A DNA stretch of 64,000 nt from an uncultured delta proteobacterium (GTDB lineage Bacteria; Desulfobacterota; Binatia; UBA9968): NCBI GenBank assembly GCA_963737905.1, contig CAVTUQ010000014.1:96001-160000 (forward strand). Reading direction: 5' to 3'. Positions 34,310 through 45,037 of the stretch are shown here, one piece after another; the first letter of the stretch is position 1, and each line of letters opens with the position of its first letter. A program made the translations under genes and the position numbers. The notes beneath the pieces are model-generated. The model was not told the origin of the DNA. It saw only the letters and a list, made by a program, of their open reading frames with translations, and made no database searches.

Positions 34310-35641
34310 ATGAAAACAACAATACATTCATTAGCCGTCCTCGCAATAGTGAGCGTTCTTTCTCTCGCTCCCTCGCATTCGGCGTTCGCCCAAAGTAATC
34401 CCATCTACATTCAATTTTCTCCCGGGGCAGTGAAGGGCGCGCTGTACCGACCTGATAGTGAGCCGGCGCCCCATGTTGGCATACTGGTCATCCATCGCAC
34501 ATCGAACGTTATGGGAAGCCTGACGTGTACCGAATTGGCCACCAGAGGATTTATGGTGCTTTGCATGAACCCGCGTTCCGACAACAATGAGGCTCTAGTG
34601 ATCTGGGAGACCCTAGCACTCGATGTAAAATCGGGCATTGGATTCCTCAGAAAACAACCCGGCATTACCAAAGTTCTTCTTCTGGGCGGCAGCGGTGGCG
34701 GGCCCACGACTAGTTTCTATCAGGCCGTTGCAGAGAATGGGCCTTCCTATTGTCAAGGACCTAATAAGATCATCCAGTGCGGTAATGAACTCGCTGGCTT
34801 GCCGCCTGCAGATGGCATAGTTTTTAGAGACGCCCATCCTGGAAATCCAGTGATCGCGGGAGTAAGAAATATTAATCCGGCAGTTGTCAACGACCGCGCG
34901 ATTTACAATCGCAATGCCCCCGTTAGATTAAATCCAAACCTAGATCCTTTCGATCCCAAAAACGGCTACAATCCTAACGGAGCATCCACCTACTCTGAGT
35001 CGTTCAAAAAGAGGTATTCCGCCGGACAGGCGGAGCGAATGAACACGTTAATCGATCTGGCTTTGCAACGCTTGCATGAGATTGAGTCGAGCGACAATCC
35101 CACAGATGACGATGTATTCATTATTCGAAGGGGCGATAATGCAAAACTTTTCCAACTGGATCTGAGCATCCTTCATAGTACGGTAAAGCCGCAGAAATTG
35201 CTGAAGAACGATGGTACCATCATAACCCAAATCGTCGAAAGCGTAAGGGTGCCCGCTCCCGAACTCGCCCAGCTAAACCCGGCATTCAACGGTGGCACGC
35301 TGTTCTTGACGGTCCGGTCCTTCTTAAGTGCAAATGCGATTCGGGCCTGGGATTCTATCGACGGAATCGATCACTGCTCAAGCAACAATTCAACCGTATG
35401 TGCCGTTCAAAGTATTTCTGTCCCGGTTCTATTCGCCACTATGCAAGGACATTACTTTATACGCGATAACGAAATCCACTATGACCTAGCAAAGAGCAAA
35501 GATAAGGACCTCATTGTCATAGAAGGAGCAACGCATGGAATCACACCCTGCATGCCTTGTGAGCAATTTCCAGGGCAATATTCAAATTCCGTGAAGAACT
35601 TTTTTGATTATGTAGCCGCTTGGATCAATGCAAGATTTTAA
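34310..35641 (+). CDS. Secreted alpha/beta hydrolase, paralog of 32572
   Basis: Signal peptide AFA, LLGGSGGG, SFYQAVAENGP..CQG..KI..C shared with the paralog, IEGATHG. Confidence 0.82.
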   Translation: MKTTIHSLAVLAIVSVLSLAPSHSAFAQSNPIYIQFSPGAVKGALYRPDSEPAPHVGILVIHRTSNVMGSLTCTELATRGFMVLCMNPRSDNNEALVIWETLALDVKSGIGFLRKQPGITKVLLLGGSGGGPTTSFYQAVAENGPSYCQGPNKIIQCGNELAGLPPADGIVFRDAHPGNPVIAGVRNINPAVVNDRAIYNRNAPVRLNPNLDPFDPKNGYNPNGASTYSESFKKRYSAGQAERMNTLIDLALQRLHEIESSDNPTDDDVFIIRRGDNAKLFQLDLSILHSTVKPQKLLKNDGTIITQIVESVRVPAPELAQLNPAFNGGTLFLTVRSFLSANAIRAWDSIDGIDHCSSNNSTVCAVQSISVPVLFATMQGHYFIRDNEIHYDLAKSKDKDLIVIEGATHGITPCMPCEQFPGQYSNSVKNFFDYVAAWINARF

Positions 35642-35749
35642 CATTATCGCCCAAGTTACACCTCACATCTCCCCATCAAATCCGCTTGGATTTGATGGGG
35701 AGTCATGTCACTTCCACTCTTTCCTTTTTGTTTCTCGCCTGCGGTCTGC

Positions 35750-35958
35750 GCGGTCGGCAGCGAGGGCAAGTGAAATTGAATGGGCTTCAGAGCACAACCT
35801 CGCCGAGTTGCAGTGGCGGACGGTTTGTATACTCTTCGAGAACCGGTGCCGCCTTATGGCGACCATTTCGATAGGGAAATTGAGGCTCTAAGGCCAAATA
35901 ACACCGTTCCCTGGCAAACAAACCTTGAAACAACGGAGGCTTAGCCTGGTCCGACCTC
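35750..35958 (+). mobile_element. Y1-transposase 3'-end remnant, family C, copy 4 (degenerate)
   Basis: Matches the other copies with indels; ends GGTCCGACCTC. Confidence 0.75.
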
Positions 35959-36095
35959 ACCGTCAGGTACCAGCACTCGATCAGCTTTTCCCTGGCCGCC
36001 TGTTGCACTCCGCTTCCCCCCTGTGTCAAATAAACGCAACAATCGATCTTTAAACTCCATCGTCGCCGGGTGACAAAAAAAGCGAGAAGCGTGAA

Positions 36096-36698
36096 GTGAT
36101 TGCGATCGCTCTCTTATTGGCCCTTTTCTTTTCCGGCTGTATTAACATTGCTGACGTAAACACCGCGTTTCGCCGCATTGATCGGGTATGGCAACTTGAA
36201 TACCAGCGTAGCGAAGATGAGCTTCGTTGGCGCGTCATAGAGGCCGACTTGCCGACGGCCTACCTCGCGGTAAGGCTGACCTTTATTGAACTTGGCTTGC
36301 CCATTCAGGAAGAATCTCTCAAGGATCGTATCATTATTGCAGAAAATGAAGCACCAGCGCCGTTGACTCTGGAGGAATGGAAAGACGTTGCCAAGCAAGA
36401 AAATATCAAACTCCGCGATATTGCACCTTGGTACATGACAATAAGCGACGATCCGAAAAAATATATCGTCACAGTGAAGGCCACGTTGCATAGCTACCAA
36501 GACCGGGCGTTGGTTTTGTTGGACTATACGCTAGATGCTCCTGAATTGAGAAGGCAGGGCGTGATTCCTAACAAGTACGCGCCGCCAACGGCGGTTAAAA
36601 TTGCAACAAATAAATTTTGGCTAGCTTTGAAAAAGCAACTTGAGCATATGAACGTGAAAGAGCCAAGGCGTCGCCAAGAAAAAGAATTTGAGATTTAA
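36096..36698 (+). CDS. Hypothetical lipoprotein
   Basis: Lipobox FSGC; 200-aa ORF. Confidence 0.7.
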   Translation: MIAIALLLALFFSGCINIADVNTAFRRIDRVWQLEYQRSEDELRWRVIEADLPTAYLAVRLTFIELGLPIQEESLKDRIIIAENEAPAPLTLEEWKDVAKQENIKLRDIAPWYMTISDDPKKYIVTVKATLHSYQDRALVLLDYTLDAPELRRQGVIPNKYAPPTAVKIATNKFWLALKKQLEHMNVKEPRRRQEKEFEI

Positions 36699-36740
36699 AC
36701 ACCTGCCATCCCCGCCGCAACATTGAAATCGCCATCTTTG

Positions 36741-36992
36741 TTTAGTTTTGCTTCCTACGCTCTTTGATCTGCCGCTGTCGAACGCTTTCAAACCCACGTA
36801 GTTCATCTAGTAGCCACACGTGCGTTTTGATCTTCTTTTCAAGTAAGCGTTGATTCTCTTCTAGTTTCTCGATTTGGTTTTGCATCGTCTTTAACTGTTG
36901 GCGTAGCTGCACCTGCTCCTCTTAGCTTAATTGTGCTCGAATCTCGACCGGCGCGCCAATAGCAGCATTGCAATTATGACTCCAACCCTCAT
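36741..36992 (-). CDS. Small secreted coiled-coil protein, frameshifted
   Basis: MRVGVIIAMLLLA... joins KEQVQLRQQLKTMQNQIEKLEENQRLLEKK...KQN* across indels. Confidence 0.35.
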
Positions 36993-37063
36993 CTTCTCTG
37001 CACCTATCGCCTTCGTCGCTCGCCAATAAAATGTTTTTCCGCATCACGAAAAGCCGTTTAAGG

Positions 37064-37768
37064 TTATGGCAGTGAATCCTTGTCAAAGGATTGAATTGGT
37101 CTGACGTTTGGTTCAATAATTTCGCAAAACTCTAAAGAATCGGGTTTTTTCATACAGTGGGCACGCTTAATAAAATAAGTGTAGTGATCTGCTAGCTGGA
37201 TTCCCCATGCCTCTTTAGAGTCTGCAAATAAAATCGGTTCTATCAAGTGATTGAATTTAGCCTTTGTTTGCATAACCTTGGTCTTACGATACAACCGCAA
37301 GGAATCTTTAAACATCGCTTCTCTTTGTGATTTGTCGGCAATTATAGTTCCGACTTCACCAGGGGCGCTGCCGCAAAACCAAGTTTCTATTCCCGTTAGA
37401 CACATAACCAATGCTAGATCTTCCGGTTTTATACCGAGGTCTGGATAAAGACTGTTAAAGAACCCGCGTTCCACAAAAGCTGCGTATATTGGTAGTTTGT
37501 GGCGAGCAATCAGCCCTAATACTTCCTTTTGAAGCGATACGCGGTTTTCTCTGCCCCATCGCTGAAAAGCATCTGTCCCCCAAAACAAGTCACGGGCCTT
37601 CAACTCTGTGTCTTCTGAAAGCTCGGGAAAATCTTTTCTCACGTCTAAGAGATCGGCTTCAAAACTCTTCCACTGTTCATCGCCGTTAATAACCACTCCA
37701 GCAACCACAGTGAAGGGTTCCTGATTTGGATCCCCAACGCCGCTCTCGTCGATATAAACAAGGCGCAT
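37064..37768 (-). CDS. DUF3800-like (RNase H-fold) protein
   Basis: LVYIDESG, VVAGV, ELKA, IIAD, DSK...GIQLAD. Confidence 0.8.
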   Translation of the reverse strand: MRLVYIDESGVGDPNQEPFTVVAGVVINGDEQWKSFEADLLDVRKDFPELSEDTELKARDLFWGTDAFQRWGRENRVSLQKEVLGLIARHKLPIYAAFVERGFFNSLYPDLGIKPEDLALVMCLTGIETWFCGSAPGEVGTIIADKSQREAMFKDSLRLYRKTKVMQTKAKFNHLIEPILFADSKEAWGIQLADHYTYFIKRAHCMKKPDSLEFCEIIEPNVRPIQSFDKDSLP

Positions 37769-38097
37769 TATCTTTTGCGCATGTGTTAGGTTCGCAGTTC
37801 TAACCTGCTCGGTCCAATCATACATTTGTATACCCCTTTCGGCGTATCCGTCAAATAAAACGGGCGTCCCAGTTCGGCAACGGCGCGTCGGGATCGATGT
37901 GATAACTATTCGCTATACATTGGTGGTGGCTTCCCAAATCAAGATTTCAGGGATAGTCATTGCGGGGTAGGATTTAGAAGCCTTTGATACGTCGCCCTCT
38001 CTTCTGAAATCTGCTGCATAAACTCTTCTCGCGTAATCAGCCCCTTCTCGATCAACAGCTTCGCCAGTGCATCCGTCTGAGAGTGTGGGCGGAAGTG

Positions 38098-38730
38098 TTA
38101 GTTTGTCGTTTCGGGTCCTCGACAGGCTTTGACAAACGCAGTTCCAAGAGGGGTAAGTCTGATGTTCCTAAAAAGGGTCAAATCGGGTCGCCAAAAATTA
38201 GTGAACGGCAAGTCTATAAGAGCAAGGCGCTCTCCAAGATTCATACATATAACGGGAAGTTCGTTTTCCGGTAGGTTGGCTTCTAGGACCAGGTTGTGCT
38301 CAGAGTCGGGACTTTCCTGTTCCCAAACATATAAGGTGTCCAGTAGTCGAGCCTCCGGTGGCGTTATTTCTGCCAAAACTTTTGGAAATATCGGATGTAC
38401 AGGTGTGCCAGCCGCTGCCGTTGCTAATAGCCCTGCCCATTTTGTGGCTAAATCACCGTCGTTTTCCAAGGATGCGTATTGGACGATTGGAACCAGAAGA
38501 GTCAGTTCAACAGTTGTTGGCGCAATTTTCTTTTCTGAAAGGCGACGCTGGACTTCAGTTATTAACCGCTCAATATTTTGAGAACGTAATAAATTTATGC
38601 GGTCCGCAAGTTTTTCACCGTAAGCGTCTGCAACCGGACCAAGTAAACGAAGGAATAGTTCACGAGCTTCACGCGTGAGTCGTTCAATGGATTCTGCAAT
38701 TTTGCCTAAGCCAATTAAATCATCAGCCAT
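38098..38730 (-). CDS. Abi-alpha (DUF4393-like) family protein
   Basis: PIVQYASLE...L..KWAGLLA.A....VHPIFPKVLAEITPPEARLL and IRLTPLG..FV.AC. Confidence 0.7.
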   Translation of the reverse strand: MADDLIGLGKIAESIERLTREARELFLRLLGPVADAYGEKLADRINLLRSQNIERLITEVQRRLSEKKIAPTTVELTLLVPIVQYASLENDGDLATKWAGLLATAAAGTPVHPIFPKVLAEITPPEARLLDTLYVWEQESPDSEHNLVLEANLPENELPVICMNLGERLALIDLPFTNFWRPDLTLFRNIRLTPLGTAFVKACRGPETTN

Positions 38731-38934
38731 TTCGCGCTCTCGCGTCATCCTAGAAATGCCTGAGCGATGAATAAGATGCTGCACCTATAACGCCACGAGA
38801 GGCTGCTAGTCAAGATTGCAGTAATAATAGCTCGTTTCATCGAATGGTTGGCGTCGCCAAAAGCTTCTCGTCATCATCTTTGACTTTCTATAATAAAATG
38901 CCGACTGAAGGCTCCGAAACCGTCAAGAGTTTCA

Positions 38935-39188
38935 GCGGAATCAGCTCACCGAACTTGCCAGCACTGACTTTGAGTCGTGGGCTAAAGAAAGTTTAGAGAT
39001 TGCGGCGAAGTTTGCTTACCGTAACGGGGGGCGGATTGGGATTCCGAAGGGCGGGGCTATGGACTGCACGATGGTAGCAGCGGCTTCCGTTCTTCCTGTG
39101 GGCTACGTTGTTAGCGCAAGCCGGATTGCTGATAGACGGATGATTCTCGCCGGATATCGGTCGGCGGATTTGTTGACGCGAATTGTAG
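38935..39188 (+). pseudogene. C-terminal fragment of an S1/P1 nuclease
   Basis: FESWAKESLEIAAKFAY...LPVGYV..ASRIADRRMILAGYR.ADLL. Confidence 0.6.
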
Positions 39189-39650
39189 GCCAGGCAGGTT
39201 TCAACAACTCTTTTTAAAAGTTCCGAATCTGGATGGCATCGGCGTCCTTATCAGCGCGTCTTTCGAACCCTGCCCTAACGCTTTCTTTTAGTAAACGATG
39301 TTTACGTTTGCGTATACTATTGTTACAACGCTCATATCCTAATGTAGACAGCCCCGACTCCTGGCCGTGATTTGATCGCAATAGCTCGTCTTCCGCCGAA
39401 GCAGCGATTAAGAAGAACGACACAGTAATCCCTCACGCGCTTAGGTTCGACAATACATAAGGTCGAAGCGCTGAACAGCACTAAATTCTTCTAACGATTT
39501 CGTGATGTTCAGGTGGTGATAGCTGTTCCAAAGAAGACCTGCACACAGCTTTGTTCTTTCTTCGTCTTACACTGTCCCATTCTTAATTTCTGCTGGCGAT
39601 TCTGCGATTAGACCGTCTTATGGTTGAAATTAATATGAAGCTTTTTTTAC

Positions 39651-39666
39651 CGGCATACTGTTTGCG
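39651..39666 (+). promoter_or_regulatory. sigma54-like promoter
   Basis: CGGCATACTGTTTGCG upstream of 39791. Confidence 0.5.
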
Positions 39667-39790
39667 ACTTCGCTCGGCTCAGTTCATGAACACACGATAG
39701 CTACAACGAACTGAGCATATTGTGATCATAATCGAAAACAGCGGCTAGGTTTAATGGAGATCAATTAACAGACCAGAAAGGAGATCAACA

Positions 39791-40542
39791 ATGTTTCGTG
39801 AATCTATAAGAAAGGTTATTCCGGCAGTTACTATGGCGGCACTCATATCGGCAGGTTGCGCAAGTAGCAAGCTAGTTAACGTCCCAACTGAAGCTCCAGC
39901 GGATCTAGGATTTAAAGCATCCAATCAAGAGATGGAGACTCAGGTGCATTACATCATTCAGCCAGATGGACCGGGATCATGGGTTAAGGGTGCCAAGTGG
40001 ATTGAATTCAAAGTAAGTCTAAGAACGCTAAGGAATCGGATATATCACTCGAAAAGTTCGATCTTATTGATCACCGCGGAGTTTATTTGGGATCAGACTA
40101 CGCTTCGTTGATCCAACTACAGTCTAAAACCGATTCCTCTGCTCAAATGTATGACAGCGCAATGACAAGCTCAGTACTCACGACCGCCGGATCGGCCATA
40201 GCCATGACAGGTGCCATGGCTGGCGGTGGGGCAGGAATGGCGATCATGCCACTCATTGGAGGATTAGGTCAGCTAGGGTCGATGAGTTCACTCATGGGAC
40301 AAAATTCGGCAGTTTCAGAAATGAAGGACCGCGAAGCAATAGAGATGGAATTTAATAAGCATCAGCTGGAGACACCTGTTAGGCTCAGTGGTAAGGCTGC
40401 AATAGATGGTAGTCTGTTTTTCCCAGTGACTTCGCAACCAAGAGCTCTGATAGTCCACTACCGCAATGGTAAGGGGCCTGTACAGTTGAAGCTTGTCTTT
40501 GAGAAACTCTCGAGCGCAGACTCTACGCACAGCGAAAAATAG
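39791..40542 (+). CDS. Hypothetical lipoprotein with Gly-zipper-like segment; frameshift near 40030
   Basis: AGGAG RBS, lipobox SAGC; two overlapping ORFs. Confidence 0.6.
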
Positions 40543-40583
40543 GTCCCGTATCCAAGGTACTAGAGTTTCTAGGGAGGAATACC

Positions 40584-41630
40584 ATGAAAACCAAAAAACA
40601 CTTGATCTATCATCGGATAATGAGGGTTTTTGTTTTGTCGAGTCTTTTGCTTTTCGGACGAGCTATTTTTCTGCCGCCGCTCGCGGGCGCAGTCCCTATC
40701 TGGTGGGAAATCCAAATTAAAGACAACGGCCTTAATCTTACTGCAAAAGAGCTAAAGACTATCCGTGACGAGTTGGTCTCGGGGTTGCGAATTTGAGATA
40801 CAAAGGTACGGATGGCAGTGCTTAATGCCGCCAGACCCTGATGACCTGGCTTATATTGACGGCCGACGGCCTCGGGGGATCCACTTAACTGTCGAGCTCT
40901 CCGAAGATGACTTCGATTGGACAACCCTGGGCCAACCTTTGACCGCTAAGCTGACAATGGGAATTGACGAGGGACTTAATAACAACAAGAACCTTAAGTG
41001 GGAATCGGAAAGAACAGCTAAGGTCCCGGACGGCCTCATCGATCCAGACAATCGCGGCATAGCTATGGGAGGTCATGTCCGGGCGAATCTCGTAAAACTG
41101 TTCGAGAGGAAGCCCCGAAACTACCGTCGGAAAAGTGTACCCCAAAGGCCCCAAAGGTGAAGGCAAAAGTGAAGCGCACTCGAGTCGGTGTGGTCGTGGA
41201 CGATCACTGGGAAGCCGAAGGACAACTAACTCTCGACGAAAACGGGAGCTTCGTCACAGTGATTCCCGCGTCCTACCGATACAATACTAGCTATGCTGCC
41301 TGCCCCCAGTCCGGCGCTGGTCAGGCATCGATAACACTTATGGGAGCGTACGACGCCGCAGACAACAAGCTGGTTCTAAGTTTGGCTCTTGAGAACGCTC
41401 TTGCTCCCTCGGGAATTGCCTATTGGTTCCCGTGCAGCATTTCGCGGTTTCCGGTGCATTCCGATTTGCACGAGGTGTCGATTGCATTGGAAGACGGTGC
41501 CCATTCGATTTCCAGTGGACATTTTGCCGGGGAAACGTGGGAAATATCTCTCGATTTAAGCTATGACACGGACGAGTCGACCGAATTCCCCCTCATCATG
41601 ATGCATGATGGATTTGAAGGATGGCGATAA
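40584..41630 (+). CDS. Hypothetical secreted protein split into three frames
   Basis: GGAGG RBS, signal peptide, consecutive overlapping ORFs at 40584, 40765 and 41157. Confidence 0.45.
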
Positions 41631-41674
41631 GGCCAGATATACCGGCCCGAAGTAACCCAGCTATTGATCGCTTT

Positions 41675-41780
41675 GGTGACGGGGTGACACCGGGTGACGG
41701 GGTTTTTAGAAAGTCCCCCTATGAAGATGATTTATAGAAAGTTATCAAAAACAGCGTCACTACCTATCACCTGTCACCCG
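41675..41780. repeat. Iteron-like structure: GGTGAC x3, AT-rich core, inverted (G/A)TCAC x3
   Basis: Seen directly; TAGAAAGT also occurs twice in the core. Confidence 0.65.
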
Positions 41781-41859
41781 CAAGCGGTTTCCCCCGTTTG
41801 CGATAGTGGGAGAAGCATAGTCACTCAACACGTTCTTCGAATAGTGTCGAATAGTGTTA

Positions 41860-42469
41860 GGGGTCAAGTCTAGAGTTGAATACTTGCTGCGATCTTTTCA
41901 ATCCGATCTTTGAACTTCATCTCCTTCGCCATCTTAGATTCTACGACCCGGCCGTTCCAACTCACGGTTGCATAACCATTGGGTCCGAAATATTCCGCGA
42001 TCTCCGGCAAAGTTCGATCGCGAGACAGTCCGGCATCCACGGCATTGGAAATGGAGTAGCTCCGGTGCCACGGCAGGGCTTGTACAGTCTCGCTGGTGTT
42101 TCACCGTTGATGAAATACTCAGTCATTTCGTCAGCGGAAGGCAACGCCCAGGAAAAGTATTGCGAGTTTGTTCAGGCCGGGATCGGCAACCCTTCAATTT
42201 GGGACGATCTTGAGGCCAGAGTCTCCTGGGAACCGAAGGGTTTGCGGAGGGGCTGCGACACCTGGTGACAGAAAGCAATAGATTCGAGATACCGACGGGT
42301 CAACGATTCGTAGGGCGGCGGAGTTTGGAGAAGCTGTTTTCTACGAGAAGCTCAGGCAAAGCATCCAGGGACCGGCTCGTCGCCGAAGCCAATACAGCGC
42401 ACGGTTATAGCGAGATGGAGGTGGCAAGCTTCCTGGGCCTACATTATTCGACGATCAGTCGAATCCTCG
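41860..42469. mobile_element. Composite Y1 A/B remnant, copy 3
   Basis: Starts GGGGTCAAGTCT; - strand RTLPEIAEYFG.NGYATVSWN.RVVESKM...; + strand HWKWSS.ATAGL...TVDEILSHF...HGYSEMEVASFLGLHYSTISRIL. Confidence 0.8.
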
Positions 42470-42483
42470 TGATTCCGTGGACC

Positions 42484-43681
42484 TTACTCCCTAGCAAGTT
42501 CACGCCACTTAACTACTGCTGGCTCAATAATTCTCTTGTCAAGATTGTCAGTGTTCTTCATCTTGATACGCAAACGTAGGCAGAACCCATGGGAATGTTG
42601 TCAAGTTTTCCGGGAGACTAACGAATTCTCTCTCTCCGGCGAGCACTAATGGCTGAACGGGTAGCGAAGGAAACCCTGGCACGATGTTGTGGAGTTCAGC
42701 TCGAACTTCGGTAGCATCAGTGACGTCGGCCACCACAAACTTAGCAAGGCCCGCGAGTATTTTTACTGTCTCGGTCACGTCCCGGTTTCGAGGGATCGTG
42801 AAGTCAAAGACAATCGGCACTAAATCCTTTCCTCGAAGCGCCTTGCGGATAGCGTCTAGCACCTTTTTTCGTTCATGAGTGAATCGACCAAGTATCAGAA
42901 CGACTTTAGAGGTCACTGTGTCTATCACTTCACGGATCTTCTTATTGTTAAGCAGCAGATAAATAAACTGCGCTACCTCGAGGTTATCTGCAGTTATTTC
43001 GGCAGCACCGGGAGGAGAAATAATTAGATTCGACTGAATGGCTCCCTCTAAGTTCACTTCCCACGCTGAAACGCCATAAACCAAACAATCCGAAAGATTC
43101 GCTTTCTCAAAATTAGCTCGAACAATTCTTGTCCCAGTAAGGTTCGCGCCTGTGAGATCGGCGCCGCAGAAGATTGCTCCATCGAGATCTGCCTCGCTAA
43201 GATTGGTCCCATGAAGGGTTGCTCCGGTGAGATTCGCATCGCGGAGGTTGGATCCGCTTAGATCCAGCCCGCTGAGGTTTATCTCCCAAGTTCTGCCCCG
43301 CGAAAATTAGTGTCGCCGAAGCGTGCGTTCGAAAGATTAGCCCCTGTAAGAATCGCGTCGCTGAGATTCGTTCCGTGGAGATCGGTCCCTCCCCAGATTG
43401 GCGCGTACGAGTCTTGCTTTTTCTAAAGTTGCGCCCCGGAGTTTCGCATCACCAAAGTCTGCCTCGTCCAACTCCGAACTGCTAAGGTCTGCTCCAGTTA
43501 AGTCCGCACTATTCAGTTTTGCGCCCCGAAGGTCTACACCATGAAGCCTAGCCGTAACAAGATATTGCCCGCTCAGATCTGGTCTCTCCCCCCGCTCGCG
43601 GGCCGCGGCGACTCGTTTAGTAACAGAATCCTTTAGTTGGTCATTCTTCCAGGGATGTGGCAGCATCTCATGTATTTCCAT
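42484..43681 (-). CDS. Pentapeptide-repeat protein with C-terminal TIR/NDT-like domain; several frameshifts
   Basis: A(D/N)LxG repeats, then VYGVSAW, VVLILGRFT.ERK.VLDAIR, PIVFDF, FVVADVTD...RAEL. Confidence 0.75.
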
Positions 43682-43997
43682 CCTGTCAATTACCTCTCTG
43701 GTTTTGGAGTGTAGGACTCGTCTATCGTTTCACCGAGACCACGATCGCAAACCTAGTTACTGGGTACTACTCAAATACCACAGTCAAACTCAGTTTACGC
43801 TACCACTTCCTAACCAAGGGAAAAGGGGAAAAAAGGGGACACCTTATTGAAGGCAGATCAACAGGCGTCTACCGTGAAAAATCGAGGTCTTTAGCTGAGA
43901 CGTTGCTCCGCTTGTCGAACGCCATGCCTGGGGGAGAATAAATGGCACGCGAACCTTTTCTTGACTAGGATGGAGCCGGTTGATATAGCGTCGTCCG

Positions 43998-44655
43998 ATG
44001 CCTTGAAGAGCACGCATCGCGCCGGGCGAAATAGTTTACCATGTCCCTAACCGGGCCAACGGACGAAACGAACTCTTTCATAAGTCGGAAGACTATTCTG
44101 CATTCGAGAGAATCATAATTGCAACCATGCATCGCTCTCCCATTCGGCTGCTGGCATACTGCTTGATGCCCAATCACTGGCACATGGTTCTCTGGCCGAG
44201 GAAAGATGGTGAGATGACCGAGTTTCTTCGCTGGTTGACAACCACGCACAGCCAACGTCTGCATGCACATCGACACACGAGCGGTTATGGGCACATTTAT
44301 CAGGGCCGATTTAAAAGTTTTCCCATTGAACAAGATGAGTCTTTGCTAGTTGTGCTACGCTACGTTGAACGTAATGCGTTGCGGGCAAAGCTCGTCGAGC
44401 GTGCGCAGGATTGGCGCTGGTGCAGTTTATGGCGCCGCATTAATGGGGATCAACAATTCGTGCTGAGTAGGGGGCCCGTTGAGACTCCAACGGACTGGAT
44501 CGATGGGTGAATGGACCGCAGACCGCAGCCGAACTCGAGGCATTGCGGAAATCCGGGAATCATGAACGCCATACGGCTCGGAAAACTGGAGGATGAGGAT
44601 CGCCAACATGTGCATTTGGGAATTTACTCTTCACTCCGCGGTAGACCTAGAAAAG
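43998..44655 (+). mobile_element. Near-complete Y1/HUH (IS200-like, RAYT-type) transposase with an early stop and frameshifts
   Basis: MP*RARIAPG..YHV.NR, AYCLMPNHWH (HUH), GHIYQGRFKS, RYVERNALRA (catalytic Tyr), WRWCS, terminal RGRPRK. Confidence 0.88.
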
Positions 44656-44677
44656 ACCCCTTTACTCTACTCTTGAT

Positions 44678-45031
44678 CTACAGACCAGTAAACTGGTCGT
44701 ATTTTTTTGGATGCTTTGCCATAAAAAAGCGTAGCTTCTGAGCTAACTCTAATCTTTCCTTTTCAGTTAGCGCCTGTCCAGATTCACTTGTCATGTTAAG
44801 AGGCACACCAGAATCGCGCCACTGCCACTTTTCCTTTGGATCAATTCGCAATAGACCGCTAGTCGTATCGTATAGCAGGCCGATGTCAGCGACTTTGCCT
44901 ATCTTTCCGCCAGTTTGGTAACGGAGAATATCGAATTGGGCGAGGTAGCTTATCCGAGCACCATCCTGAAATAGGTAAGGTGAGTTGAAATAAATCGCAT
45001 TAAGCGCGGCTCGAAGTAATTTAAGCATCAT
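44678..45031 (-). CDS. Putative immunity protein for the RHS toxin
   Basis: 117-aa ORF starting 7 nt after the RHS stop; AT-richer than the RHS core. Confidence 0.65.
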   Translation of the reverse strand: MMLKLLRAALNAIYFNSPYLFQDGARISYLAQFDILRYQTGGKIGKVADIGLLYDTTSGLLRIDPKEKWQWRDSGVPLNMTSESGQALTEKERLELAQKLRFFMAKHPKKYDQFTGL

Positions 45032-45037
45032 ATTGTC

